Shown here: piece by piece, positions 9,018 through 16,827 of the stretch
Layout: every line of letters begins with the position of its first letter
Position numbering within the stretch: position 1 is the first letter of the stretch
DNA from: Bdellovibrionales bacterium
GTDB lineage: Bacteria > Bdellovibrionota > Bdellovibrionia > Bdellovibrionales > UBA1609
Assembly: GCA_016714165.1 (NCBI GenBank)
Contig: JADJNU010000001.1
Span: forward strand, 45,130-109,129
Direction of reading: 5' to 3'
DNA length: 64,000 bases
Program-made: the position numbers and the translations under genes
The notes under the pieces: model-generated
The model's input: the letters and a program-made list of their open reading frames with translations, nothing else
Told to the model about the DNA's origin: nothing
Databases searched by the model: none

Positions 9018-10184
9018 GTGAGAAGATGTTCTTTGCTCATCTTAGTTGTCCTAATTCTTTTTGGATATTCACTTCGCCTTCTCGCTGCGGACGAAGCCGA
9101 AGTAGTCTTGAGCTTGGGCAAAGGTCAGGTGAAGATCCAAATATATGGTCTTGAGGTTCCCACTGACTTAAAAAAGACTTTGGAAAGAGAATTAGAACAG
9201 GATCGACAGTTGTCTGATCGTGTGATTTCTTCGGCCGTCACAGAAATCAAGTTGCAGGGAGATGTGCTGGACTCTGTAAAGGATAAATTGAAGTCCGGCG
9301 AGCCAGAACAGTCCGTTGAGGAGATCATAAACCTTGTGCATCTGCAATTGAATGGAGGCAGTCCTGTTGTCTCTGGATCAGGGGTAGATGCGGGGCGAGA
9401 AAATCAGCGAGTCGTTGTTGGAGGGAAGTTTGAATTGGCTCAAGGAGAGGCGCTAGAAGAATTGGTCATACTTGGTGGGCAGGCCGAAATCAGAGGCAAA
9501 GTGGCACGCCTCACCGTAAAGGGTGGGCAGGTGCGGATTCATTCATCGGCCGAGATAACTGAAGAGCTTGTTAATATTGGTGGAGACCTTGAGATTGATC
9601 CAGGAGCAAAGGTGCACCACGGGACCTCTCAGGTATTTAGTCCCTTTCATCGTTCTTTTGATTTATTCCTAAACTCTGCGAATGAGTTCAATCTTTTCGA
9701 CCTGGTTGGTAGTTCTATTTTTTTATGGGGATTTCGATTTTTTAAAATGTTCTTTCTTTTGTGTGTTAGCCTTTTGGTTGTCCGACTGGCTCCCGATCTT
9801 TTCCTTGAGGTTCAGCGAAATCTTCGGGAAGATTCTTTTGGAGCTGGATTAGCCGGTTTTTTGTACCTATTGGCCTATCTTCCTGTCGCTCTTTTTTTGG
9901 CCGTTACAGTTTTTGGCATCTCGCTCTTGCCCGTCCAATTTCTGTTGACCGTTTACCTCTCCGTCATGGGCTGTGTTGCCACAATGAAGGTGATCGTCAA
10001 TCAATTGGGAATTGGCAGAGGACGGCACGAGCTAATGGTTGTGAGTCTTGGTATTCTTATTTTTGAAATTTTCGGATGGATTCCCTATGTTGGGGCTTTG
10101 GCCCATGTTGTTATCACTGTGCTAGGGATTGGTGCGAGTTTTTTGGTTATGTGGGAGCGAGTTCGAAGGAGGAGCTTGGCTTGA
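9018..10184 (+). CDS. Membrane protein with a bactofilin-like beta-helical repeat region and a polytopic C-terminus
   Basis: GTG start 3 nt after the upstream stop. Signal peptide present. Repeats VVVGGKFEL..LVILGGQAEIRGKVARLTVKGGQVRIH..LVNIGGDLEI. About five hydrophobic helices at the C-terminus. Confidence 0.65.
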   Translation: MRRCSLLILVVLILFGYSLRLLAADEAEVVLSLGKGQVKIQIYGLEVPTDLKKTLERELEQDRQLSDRVISSAVTEIKLQGDVLDSVKDKLKSGEPEQSVEEIINLVHLQLNGGSPVVSGSGVDAGRENQRVVVGGKFELAQGEALEELVILGGQAEIRGKVARLTVKGGQVRIHSSAEITEELVNIGGDLEIDPGAKVHHGTSQVFSPFHRSFDLFLNSANEFNLFDLVGSSIFLWGFRFFKMFFLLCVSLLVVRLAPDLFLEVQRNLREDSFGAGLAGFLYLLAYLPVALFLAVTVFGISLLPVQFLLTVYLSVMGCVATMKVIVNQLGIGRGRHELMVVSLGILIFEIFGWIPYVGALAHVVITVLGIGASFLVMWERVRRRSLA

Positions 10185-10190
10185 CGAGGT

Positions 10191-10231
10191 GTCATTATTT
10201 TGACTGATCAGTTAGAAAATGACGTTTTTTT
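10191..10231 (+). terminator. Rho-independent terminator
   Basis: Imperfect hairpin GTCATTATTTTGACTGA/TCAGTTAGAAAATGAC (core palindrome ACTGATCAGT), followed by G then T7. It starts 7 nt after the stop at 10184. Confidence 0.65.
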
Positions 10232-10390
10232 GGTGGATTCGCACCGGAATGACGGCTGCAGCAGCAGACGCAGGACCATAAAAATGATCGAAACTAATCA
10301 GCAAAGGATTCTGTGATCTTTGGTGAACTCGGCGGTCGAGTTCAGAAAGCTCAAGTCGAGTCTAGTCTCTTCAAGAACAAACACTTCGAT

Positions 10391-10594
10391 TTAGTGGACG
10401 AAATGGTCCATTGTTCGGGTTGTTACGCCACATTTTGGACATTCAGCATTTTCCACCAGACTCTGAGCATCGGGCTTGAACAGAACGTGGATAGTGAGGT
10501 CAGTCTCGCACAGGGGACATTGATTTTGTATCTCAATGAACAATCGATGGCGCTCAGGGCATTGACTGTTAAATTGTGTCTGGTCTAAATTCAT
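10391..10594 (-). CDS. Small zinc-ribbon protein (67 aa)
   Basis: Two Cys pairs (CPLCETD ... CPKCGV). ATG at 10594 has GGAG 8 nt upstream. The longer track start (10726) would overlap the divergent gene. Confidence 0.55.
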   Translation of the reverse strand: MNLDQTQFNSQCPERHRLFIEIQNQCPLCETDLTIHVLFKPDAQSLVENAECPKCGVTTRTMDHFVH

Positions 10595-10685
10595 GGTGTT
10601 ATCTCCAATGGGATTGATTGGTTTCATATGCAAGAATGGCTCACCAACAAAAGTCGAGTCCTTAGGTTTGAAAGTTTGAATATCA

Positions 10686-11834
10686 ATGCGTTTTTTAGAA
10701 AATTGCCCCCAGTGTGGAAGTTCCAATTTGAATCAAGACAATCCCTTCGGGAAGATTGAGTGCCAGAATTGCTCTTGGCTCGGAGATGCGAGCGAATTTT
10801 CCAAGAAGTCTCATAAGAGCTGGTCTAAATCTGCTCAGAGGTGTCTTTTTGGTTTGTTTTTGGGCTTCACCCTGTTCTTTGGTGTTCAACTCGTTTTGTG
10901 GCAGAAGTTCAGCATTGAGGCTTCTTGGTTGATTCTGAAGCGTGCAATAGGCCAGGCCACCCTTGAAGATTGGCTCAGCATGGGAGCTATTTGTAACTCT
11001 CTTGAGAAATTTGATTGTTCGGTCGATGCATTCTCTGAAGTTGTGCAGCGCCAACCACGTCAACGCACAGCTCTGGCGAATTTGGCTATCGCCCACTGTC
11101 ATCTTGGAAGTTGGAATGAATCTAGAAAGTATTTTGAAGCTTATTTTTCGCTTGGGGGAGAAGCGTACGACACGATGTTTTGGTATGCCCGCTCCCTTAT
11201 TCGTTTGGGAGAAAAGGAAAGAGGAATCGAGTGGTACTACAAAACTTTGACAAAGAAGCCGGACTACCTTGAAGCACTTACGGAGCTTGTGGATCAGCTA
11301 GTTGGCATGGGGAGGGCCGAAGAGGCTCTCTCTCTCGTCGGACACCATGAAGATGGGCACCCAGAAAAGGATGTTTTTTGGGGACAGAAAGTAATGAGCA
11401 TAAATTCCTTTTTGCAGAGCCAAGAAAACAGAAAGGATCGTACTTCGACTGTGGAATTTCTAGCTCCCTCATTGAACGGAGATCAATATTATCTTCCTTT
11501 GTGGATGGCCGAAAAGGGACTTGTTAAGTTTATGCTCGTAGATGAATCTCAGCCAGATTTGATCCTGCCTCGATCGACGATTGACGCGCAACTGATTCGT
11601 GAAGTCCTGACAAAACGCAAACTTCGTGATTTTAGTGAAGTTGATCGTTTGGAAATTCCGCGGTTAAAGATCGGGCCGTGGTGGATGAGTAATGTCACGG
11701 TGTCGCTTTGTGATGAATGTGAGTTGAGAGTGGGCCGGCAGATGTTGGATTATCTTAAGATGAAAGAGTGGGTAAAATTCGGAGTTGAGTTTTTATCTTT
11801 CTCAAATGATGAAAGCGATTCTAAGGGTAAATAG
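10686..11834 (+). CDS. Zinc-ribbon / TM / TPR-repeat protein with a degenerate retropepsin-like C-terminal region
   Basis: CPQCGS...CQNCSW near the N-terminus, one hydrophobic segment and TPR-like helices (ALANLAIAHCHLGSWNESRKYFEAYF). The C-terminal layout resembles bacterial clan-AA aspartic peptidase domains, but DESQ stands where DTGA is expected. Confidence 0.7.
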   Translation: MRFLENCPQCGSSNLNQDNPFGKIECQNCSWLGDASEFSKKSHKSWSKSAQRCLFGLFLGFTLFFGVQLVLWQKFSIEASWLILKRAIGQATLEDWLSMGAICNSLEKFDCSVDAFSEVVQRQPRQRTALANLAIAHCHLGSWNESRKYFEAYFSLGGEAYDTMFWYARSLIRLGEKERGIEWYYKTLTKKPDYLEALTELVDQLVGMGRAEEALSLVGHHEDGHPEKDVFWGQKVMSINSFLQSQENRKDRTSTVEFLAPSLNGDQYYLPLWMAEKGLVKFMLVDESQPDLILPRSTIDAQLIREVLTKRKLRDFSEVDRLEIPRLKIGPWWMSNVTVSLCDECELRVGRQMLDYLKMKEWVKFGVEFLSFSNDESDSKGK

Positions 11835-11903
11835 CTCGGCGGGCAAATATGAGAGAATGAAAAATGGAAAAAGTTTTGGACAGTAATAAAGGGGGAGAAT
11901 TCT

Positions 11904-12482
11904 ATGAAGATGCTTGTTTTTATTTTCGTTTTAGTTTTATCTCTGACAAATGCCGCAAAGGGGTTTGCTGCTGAACTTGAAGGCGTAAAAATGGAGGAAA
12001 GTCTCAGCTTGGCGGATAAGACACTTAAGGTAAATGGGGTGGCCCTTCGTAAGGTTTCTAAATTTGGAATTCCCATTAAGGTTTATGTGGCCGGATTGTA
12101 TCTAGAAGAAGAGAGCGACGATGGAGATAAAATTATTTCAAGTGATAAATTGAAACATCTTGAAATGGAATTTGTTCGCGGTGTTGAAAAGGAGCAAATT
12201 ACGGAAGCTTGGTCTGAGGCCGTTTTCAAGGGTTGTATTCTCGATTGTGATGCTTACAAGGAAGCTTTGAAAGAATTTAATAGTTTGATGGGTGAAATGA
12301 GAAAGGGACATCGGATGTCTTTATCTTTTTATCCGGATCACCTGGAAGTTGATCAAAAAGGCCGAAACCCAAAAAAAGGTTCGATCGCGAGCAAATCATT
12401 TGCCAAAAATCTTTTGGCAATTTTTATCGGTCCTAAGATGTTTAGCCAAGAGGTTAAAAATTCGCTGCTTGGGAAAAAGTAG
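11904..12482 (+). CDS. Chalcone-isomerase-like (CHI-fold) family secreted protein
   Basis: Signal peptide. The segment VNGVALRKVSKFGIPIKVYVAGLYLEE is typical of bacterial CHI-like proteins as I recall them. Confidence 0.75.
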   Translation: MKMLVFIFVLVLSLTNAAKGFAAELEGVKMEESLSLADKTLKVNGVALRKVSKFGIPIKVYVAGLYLEEESDDGDKIISSDKLKHLEMEFVRGVEKEQITEAWSEAVFKGCILDCDAYKEALKEFNSLMGEMRKGHRMSLSFYPDHLEVDQKGRNPKKGSIASKSFAKNLLAIFIGPKMFSQEVKNSLLGKK

Positions 12483-12517
12483 TCCGAGCTGTTTTATCTT
12501 TGCGATGAGAGACTTAT

Positions 12518-13042
12518 TTAGTTTTCCAGAACCTGCAGTCGAAGTGGCGTTCTTTTCATTGCTTCCGAAATTAAAGAGAGCGCAGATTTTTCGTAGACCT
12601 TAAAGAAATCTTCGTTGAATTCGGCCAATTCAAAATCGAGCCCTTGAGAGTCAAAATCTGTGGTGAAAGTCACGAATCGCCCATCTTCTGAAACATCAAT
12701 CTGAACATTTTTTCTTGAGTTCCCGCTCTTTACGTTGACCGATTGAGGACTCAATTGTTCGCGTAACTGAACATTTGTCGAACGATAGGGCAACTCTAGC
12801 GTACAAGAATAGCTGAGCGAATCTTCTTCTCTCACAAGGACCTTGCCACAGATCTTGTAATCGGTTGGAGTAAATCGAAATCGCTTCAATTTTAGGTCAA
12901 GTGGGGTGTAAAGATTTTCGCCCTCTTGAGCAGAAAAAAAGGCCTTTTTCTTGAGGTTCGTGGTCTTTACTTTTACCGCATAACTCATCAATGGAACTAA
13001 AAGAGCAAAGCTCAAAATTACGAATCCAAGCAGTTTCCTCAT
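12518..13042 (-). CDS. Hypothetical secreted protein
   Basis: ATG 13042 preceded by GAGGAG. Signal peptide MRKLLGFVILSFALLVPLMSYA. The track start at 13153 is probably an upstream extension. Confidence 0.6.
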   Translation of the reverse strand: MRKLLGFVILSFALLVPLMSYAVKVKTTNLKKKAFFSAQEGENLYTPLDLKLKRFRFTPTDYKICGKVLVREEDSLSYSCTLELPYRSTNVQLREQLSPQSVNVKSGNSRKNVQIDVSEDGRFVTFTTDFDSQGLDFELAEFNEDFFKVYEKSALSLISEAMKRTPLRLQVLEN

Positions 13043-13081
13043 GGCAATCTCCTCAAAGTATGGCTGAACGATCAAATCTAG

Positions 13082-13097
13082 AGCAAGGTCTGTGCCT
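13082..13097 (-). promoter_or_regulatory. Sigma-54-type -24/-12 promoter candidate (AGGCAC-N5-TTGCT)
   Basis: The minus strand reads AGGCACagaccTTGCT. GG and GC have canonical spacing. It is about 40 nt upstream of ATG 13042. Confidence 0.45.
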
Positions 13098-13243
13098 GTC
13101 TTTTTGAGGCTCTGAAGAAAATAGAGAGAGAAAGGAGCTCTGTCTGGGGCCATTAAGGGTCTTTAGGGTGACCATTTCCGGCAAAAATCTCGGGCGCGGC
13201 TTCTTCCAAGAACTTTCTTTTGCCTCCACAGCATTTGCCGTCT

Positions 13244-13259
13244 TGGCACCCACATTGCT
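13244..13259 (+). promoter_or_regulatory. Sigma-54-type -24/-12 promoter candidate (TGGCAC-N5-TTGCT)
   Basis: Exact match to the core RpoN consensus TGGCAC-N5-TTGCW, 75 nt upstream of ATG 13334. Confidence 0.6.
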
Positions 13260-13333
13260 GGTTCACACCCTTTTTTACTAAAAAGTAATTTTATGAATCA
13301 ATATCTAGAGAAGATGGAAGATGGAGAAATAAA

Positions 13334-14044
13334 ATGGGACAAAAATCAAATTTTAGTTTAAATCAATGGCAAATTTTGTGCATTTTTCTAATCTTTCTGA
13401 TGGGTGATTCAATCATTCTAGCAAGTCAGTCATTAAAACTGAGTTTGGACCCAAAGTCTTGTGCGAAAACTATCAAAGAGCAACGGAAGAGAAAAGAAGA
13501 GCTAAGGCAGAAGATGTTACTTGTGAGGAATAGATTGAATTCTCAGGATGTCATGGAGAAACTGGGTTTGGAAGCGGGAGCGTCTGTCGGAGACTTGAAA
13601 CGAGCTTACCATAGCATGCAGGTTATTGTAACTCTGGAAAATGGAGCCACTCCCGGTGAAATTAGAAATCTTAATGAGGCTTATACCATTCTCCTTCCTG
13701 AATTGACTATTAGCTCCAGCAATGCAGGATATGGCGATATTTTTGAGTCAATTTTGAGTTTTAGAAAGGGTGAGCTCAATGGTGAAGCGCTTGTACATCA
13801 TTTCTATCTGGGCTACGTAAAAAACATTCTCATGGGAGACACGGGTGACAATTATACATATACAGAATTGGTGCGGCAAAAACTTCCTGATCTCTTGCAT
13901 GACTATCCAGCGCTCAGAGGTCTCTTGAGCAATTACGGTCCTGCCAAGCCTTGGTTATCTCATATCGAAAATGGATCAGAGAAATGGTCCAAATTTTTGG
14001 GCTGGATAGAAGCAGAGAAGATATTTGAATTAAACCGGCCATAG
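13334..14044 (+). CDS. Hypothetical membrane-anchored protein with a degenerate J-domain-like segment
   Basis: N-terminal hydrophobic anchor (WQILCIFLIFLMGDSIILA). The segment DVMEKLGLEAGASVGDLKRAYHSMQ...LNEAYTILL resembles a DnaJ J-domain but lacks HPD. Confidence 0.6.
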   Translation: MGQKSNFSLNQWQILCIFLIFLMGDSIILASQSLKLSLDPKSCAKTIKEQRKRKEELRQKMLLVRNRLNSQDVMEKLGLEAGASVGDLKRAYHSMQVIVTLENGATPGEIRNLNEAYTILLPELTISSSNAGYGDIFESILSFRKGELNGEALVHHFYLGYVKNILMGDTGDNYTYTELVRQKLPDLLHDYPALRGLLSNYGPAKPWLSHIENGSEKWSKFLGWIEAEKIFELNRP

Positions 14045-14130
14045 TTGTGTGAGGAACCGGGGAGTTTCGACGGAGAGCCTCCATTTTACTATAAAGTCTC
14101 CTAAATATTGGTTAAATTCGTTTCCTTCAA

Positions 14131-14146
14131 TGGTACATTAATTGCT
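14131..14146 (+). promoter_or_regulatory. Sigma-54-type -24/-12 promoter candidate (TGGTAC-N5-TTGCT)
   Basis: One mismatch to the core consensus. Its TTG is the very codon the ORF track uses as a start (14142), which argues that start is spurious. Confidence 0.45.
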
Positions 14147-14201
14147 TCTTCTAAAAGTAGACAGAATAATTGTTAAAATTCTGGGAGAACAAACTTTCCG
14201 T

Positions 14202-14224
14202 GAGCTGATTTTTGTCAGCTTTTT
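14202..14224 (+). terminator. Hairpin plus T-run (leader structure or weak terminator)
   Basis: AGCTGA-tttttg-TCAGCT followed by TTTT. It lies between the 14131 promoter motif and the ATGs at 14250 and 14268. Confidence 0.4.
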
Positions 14225-14249
14225 AAAGGTATTACAGGCTAAAAGCGAT

Positions 14250-15212
14250 ATGGATCGGATTAATTATATGTCCAAAATATATTTGTTGAAGCAATTATTT
14301 TTTATCGCTGCTTTGATCTACGAAGTCATCTGTTCTGCCAATTCGGAGTCCATAACTTTGAAGGGTCTGTACTTTGAAAATCCTCAAGGGTACAACGATT
14401 CCGTTGCATCTCTCGTTCCAGGCAAAATTCTTGAATTTTCCTCCTTAAAGTTTAAAATTTTAAGTGTATTGACTGGTGGGAACACAACCAAGATATTGAG
14501 AGTCGCCAGAGTCGATGGAACTAATGAACGATCTGTAATTCTCCGCATTCCTCCCCAGTCAGGGTTTTTTAGAGAAATTCCATATCTAGCTTATCTAAAC
14601 ATGTTTATTCAAAATCATCGTCTCCTTTCTAAAACAGGATTTGTACCGTCAATGTATTTTTTTGCGCTTGACGAATTTGCTATTGTTGAAGAGGTCAATC
14701 CCGATGTTTCAATGGTGGATTTTGTCTTTAAACCAGATTCCTTTTCAAAGAGAAGGCTTAAAGAGATGGAAAAAGGGATAAGGGAGTTTGCTAAAGCTAT
14801 GGCTCCCTTCAGAAGAATTGGTGATTTGCGAATGGATCAAGTTTTTTATGATCAGTCACAAAAGAAATGGTTTCTTCTTGATTGGACTGAGACCAAGTTG
14901 TTGGATGGCAAGGTGACCCCAAGGGAATTGTTTGCTGAGAATTGTTTTGATATGGATTTCTTGGAGAAGACTGTCTTACAATTTGGGAGTCGCTTTGGGA
15001 ATAGATTGCGGATGTATCAGATATTGCTTCTCATGAGAAATGCCCTAGTTTCTGGTCGAATTGATATGCTTCAAAAGGGCCATAATCCAATTTCAGGAAA
15101 AATTTTTGAGATCATTCCTGATAGCACTAAAATCTATGAATCCATTCAACATGAACTTGAAGGGAGACAGACCATTCTTCAGAAATGTGCCAGAATTTTA
15201 GGAATTAAATAA
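14250..15212 (+). CDS. Hypothetical secreted protein with an atypical kinase-like motif pattern
   Basis: Signal peptide after ATG 14250 or 14268 (MSKIYLLKQLFFIAALIYEVICSA). The motifs SVILRIP, IGDLRMDQV and FLLDWTE are loosely arranged like a protein-kinase beta3 strand, catalytic loop and DFG. Confidence 0.6.
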   Translation: MDRINYMSKIYLLKQLFFIAALIYEVICSANSESITLKGLYFENPQGYNDSVASLVPGKILEFSSLKFKILSVLTGGNTTKILRVARVDGTNERSVILRIPPQSGFFREIPYLAYLNMFIQNHRLLSKTGFVPSMYFFALDEFAIVEEVNPDVSMVDFVFKPDSFSKRRLKEMEKGIREFAKAMAPFRRIGDLRMDQVFYDQSQKKWFLLDWTETKLLDGKVTPRELFAENCFDMDFLEKTVLQFGSRFGNRLRMYQILLLMRNALVSGRIDMLQKGHNPISGKIFEIIPDSTKIYESIQHELEGRQTILQKCARILGIK

Positions 15213-15605
15213 CCCGGTCTAGAGTATCCGCTCGAATGGACTGAATGGATTTTAAGTTTTTGAAAGTGCACCCACTTCTTGACTCTATCTGGTGTTGAGT
15301 CAATTCAGAAATGGACTGGCCTACCCGATCCGGCGCAATAGTTCAGAATCGCTCGCTAATGGGCCCGCGTGAGGCGGTGGTCCTTCTTCTAAATGATGAA
15401 AATCAAAACGATTCAGTAACGGACCACAGACGCAATTCTTGAGAGGGATCTTTTCAGCCGATTAGCCGGTCCTATGATCCAGTGATGCGTGCCAATGTTT
15501 GAGGGCCCCCGGGATTTGATTTTTGTCTATTGATCTGATTCACCAAATGATCGGCATTTGTCAGGGACCGCCTGGCACCTGCCATCCAAAAAGCCATGCG
15601 ATACA

Positions 15606-15621
15606 TGGCATGCCATTTGCC
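15606..15621 (+). promoter_or_regulatory. Sigma-54-type -24/-12 promoter candidate (TGGCAT-N5-TTGCC)
   Basis: GG and GC at canonical spacing. It is 70 nt upstream of ATG 15691. Confidence 0.4.
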
Positions 15622-15690
15622 ATGGTCTAATGCAATATTTTGAATCGGCCGCATACGCTCTCATTTTTTCTCTACCCCGGGGTGCATCTT

Positions 15691-16119
15691 ATGATACCTA
15701 GAAATCCTAAGAGTCTTAAAATCAGTGGCAAAAGAAATGCCTTAATTTTTGCATCTGTTACTTTGCTCTCCTTTTTTGCAAGATATGCGGAGGGGGTTTC
15801 GATTGGGCCTCCTTCTCGAAAATACCCAACGGTTGATGCTCCCAGGTGTGCAAAAGCCCTTCAATTGCATCCAAGAAAGGTGAGCGATATCAAGGGAGGG
15901 AAGAAAATTGAATTTGCCTGGCGCGATACTCGCTACTGGATTGAGGTAAGGAATGAAAAAGGAGAAGAGGGCGAGAATCCTGTGGAGTGGAGCAATCATT
16001 CTTCTGATGCTGATACACCTGGATTAGCCAAAATTGCCCCAGTAATGGGTACGATCCGCATTGATGAGGGGAAGCCATTCTTCATCTCGATACGGCCTGG
16101 GACGGAGAAGCTTTTATAA
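15691..16119 (+). CDS. Hypothetical secreted protein (probable 5' part of a frameshift-split gene)
   Basis: ATG 15691 gives MIPRNPKSLKISGKRNALIFASVTLLSFFA (signal-like). The frame ends at 16119, while the next gene's frame is already open from 16068. Confidence 0.5.
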   Translation: MIPRNPKSLKISGKRNALIFASVTLLSFFARYAEGVSIGPPSRKYPTVDAPRCAKALQLHPRKVSDIKGGKKIEFAWRDTRYWIEVRNEKGEEGENPVEWSNHSSDADTPGLAKIAPVMGTIRIDEGKPFFISIRPGTEKLL

Positions 16120-16202
16120 TTCTTTCAAAAAAAGATGACCGCATTACACTCCGTTCTTATATAAAGGAATATACGCCAACATTTGATTCAGAGGACAACC
16201 CG

Positions 16203-16751
16203 GTGCCTCGAGATCCAAAATTGAAAAAACCCGTATTTCATTTGCTACACCAAGCTGCTTTTCCAGGGGTTCACAGGGGAGATCTGTCTTTTTATTCCCG
16301 AGAAAGTACCAGTTTGGTCGTTGGAGACATTGGCCGCAAGTTTTTTTATGTTGCTAAACCGAATAGACAGATTGAAATTGCCATGGCTTATTCTGATATA
16401 GTTTCGGAATTGCCCACTCAAATAGTACAGAACAGCACTTCAGAAATAAATTCCAATCATGTCCGATATCTTGACACCGAAGGGGAAATTCGTTTTGCCA
16501 AAGTCTATCCCCTTTTCAATTTTGTCCAAATGGCCGTCCATCTTCCAAAGCAGAATTCACGATATCCTTGGACTGCAATATGGATCAAGGATTGGACTGA
16601 AGAGAAAGGATACCTTGTCAGTGCCCAGATGTTAGACTTCCTCGGAATCTCGATGGAGAAGGCCAAATTGCTATTGGCTGGGGACGGAATACTGACAAGG
16701 GAGAAATTGGAAGGTCTCTTCGGCCCTCTATTTTTTGGAGCGAATCCCTAA
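16203..16751 (+). CDS. Hypothetical protein (probable 3' part of a frameshift-split gene)
   Basis: ORF track. This reading frame is open back to 16068 with no canonical start, and it overlaps the end of the upstream ORF. Confidence 0.5.
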   Translation: MPRDPKLKKPVFHLLHQAAFPGVHRGDLSFYSRESTSLVVGDIGRKFFYVAKPNRQIEIAMAYSDIVSELPTQIVQNSTSEINSNHVRYLDTEGEIRFAKVYPLFNFVQMAVHLPKQNSRYPWTAIWIKDWTEEKGYLVSAQMLDFLGISMEKAKLLLAGDGILTREKLEGLFGPLFFGANP

Positions 16752-16827
16752 TCTCACTCAGTTCAAAGCCGCGTCTCCACCAACCATACATACTTTGGCA
16801 ATGGCTAGGACTATCGAACTTAAGGAT

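Noticed and set aside
10313-10588. A 91-aa plus-strand ORF.
   Set aside because: It is antisense to the zinc-ribbon gene, which has paired CxxC motifs and a good RBS. It shows no features of its own.
15325-15400. A tRNA-like string (GGCGCAATAGTTCAGAATCG).
   Set aside because: It has no T-loop (GTTCGAATC-type) and no acceptor-stem complementarity. I could not draw a cloverleaf.
15472-15654. A 60-aa minus-strand ORF in the long intergenic region.
   Set aside because: It has no RBS, no recognisable family and no signal. It overlaps the promoter motif of the downstream plus-strand gene. The frames around it are full of stops, so it is not an obvious gene remnant either.
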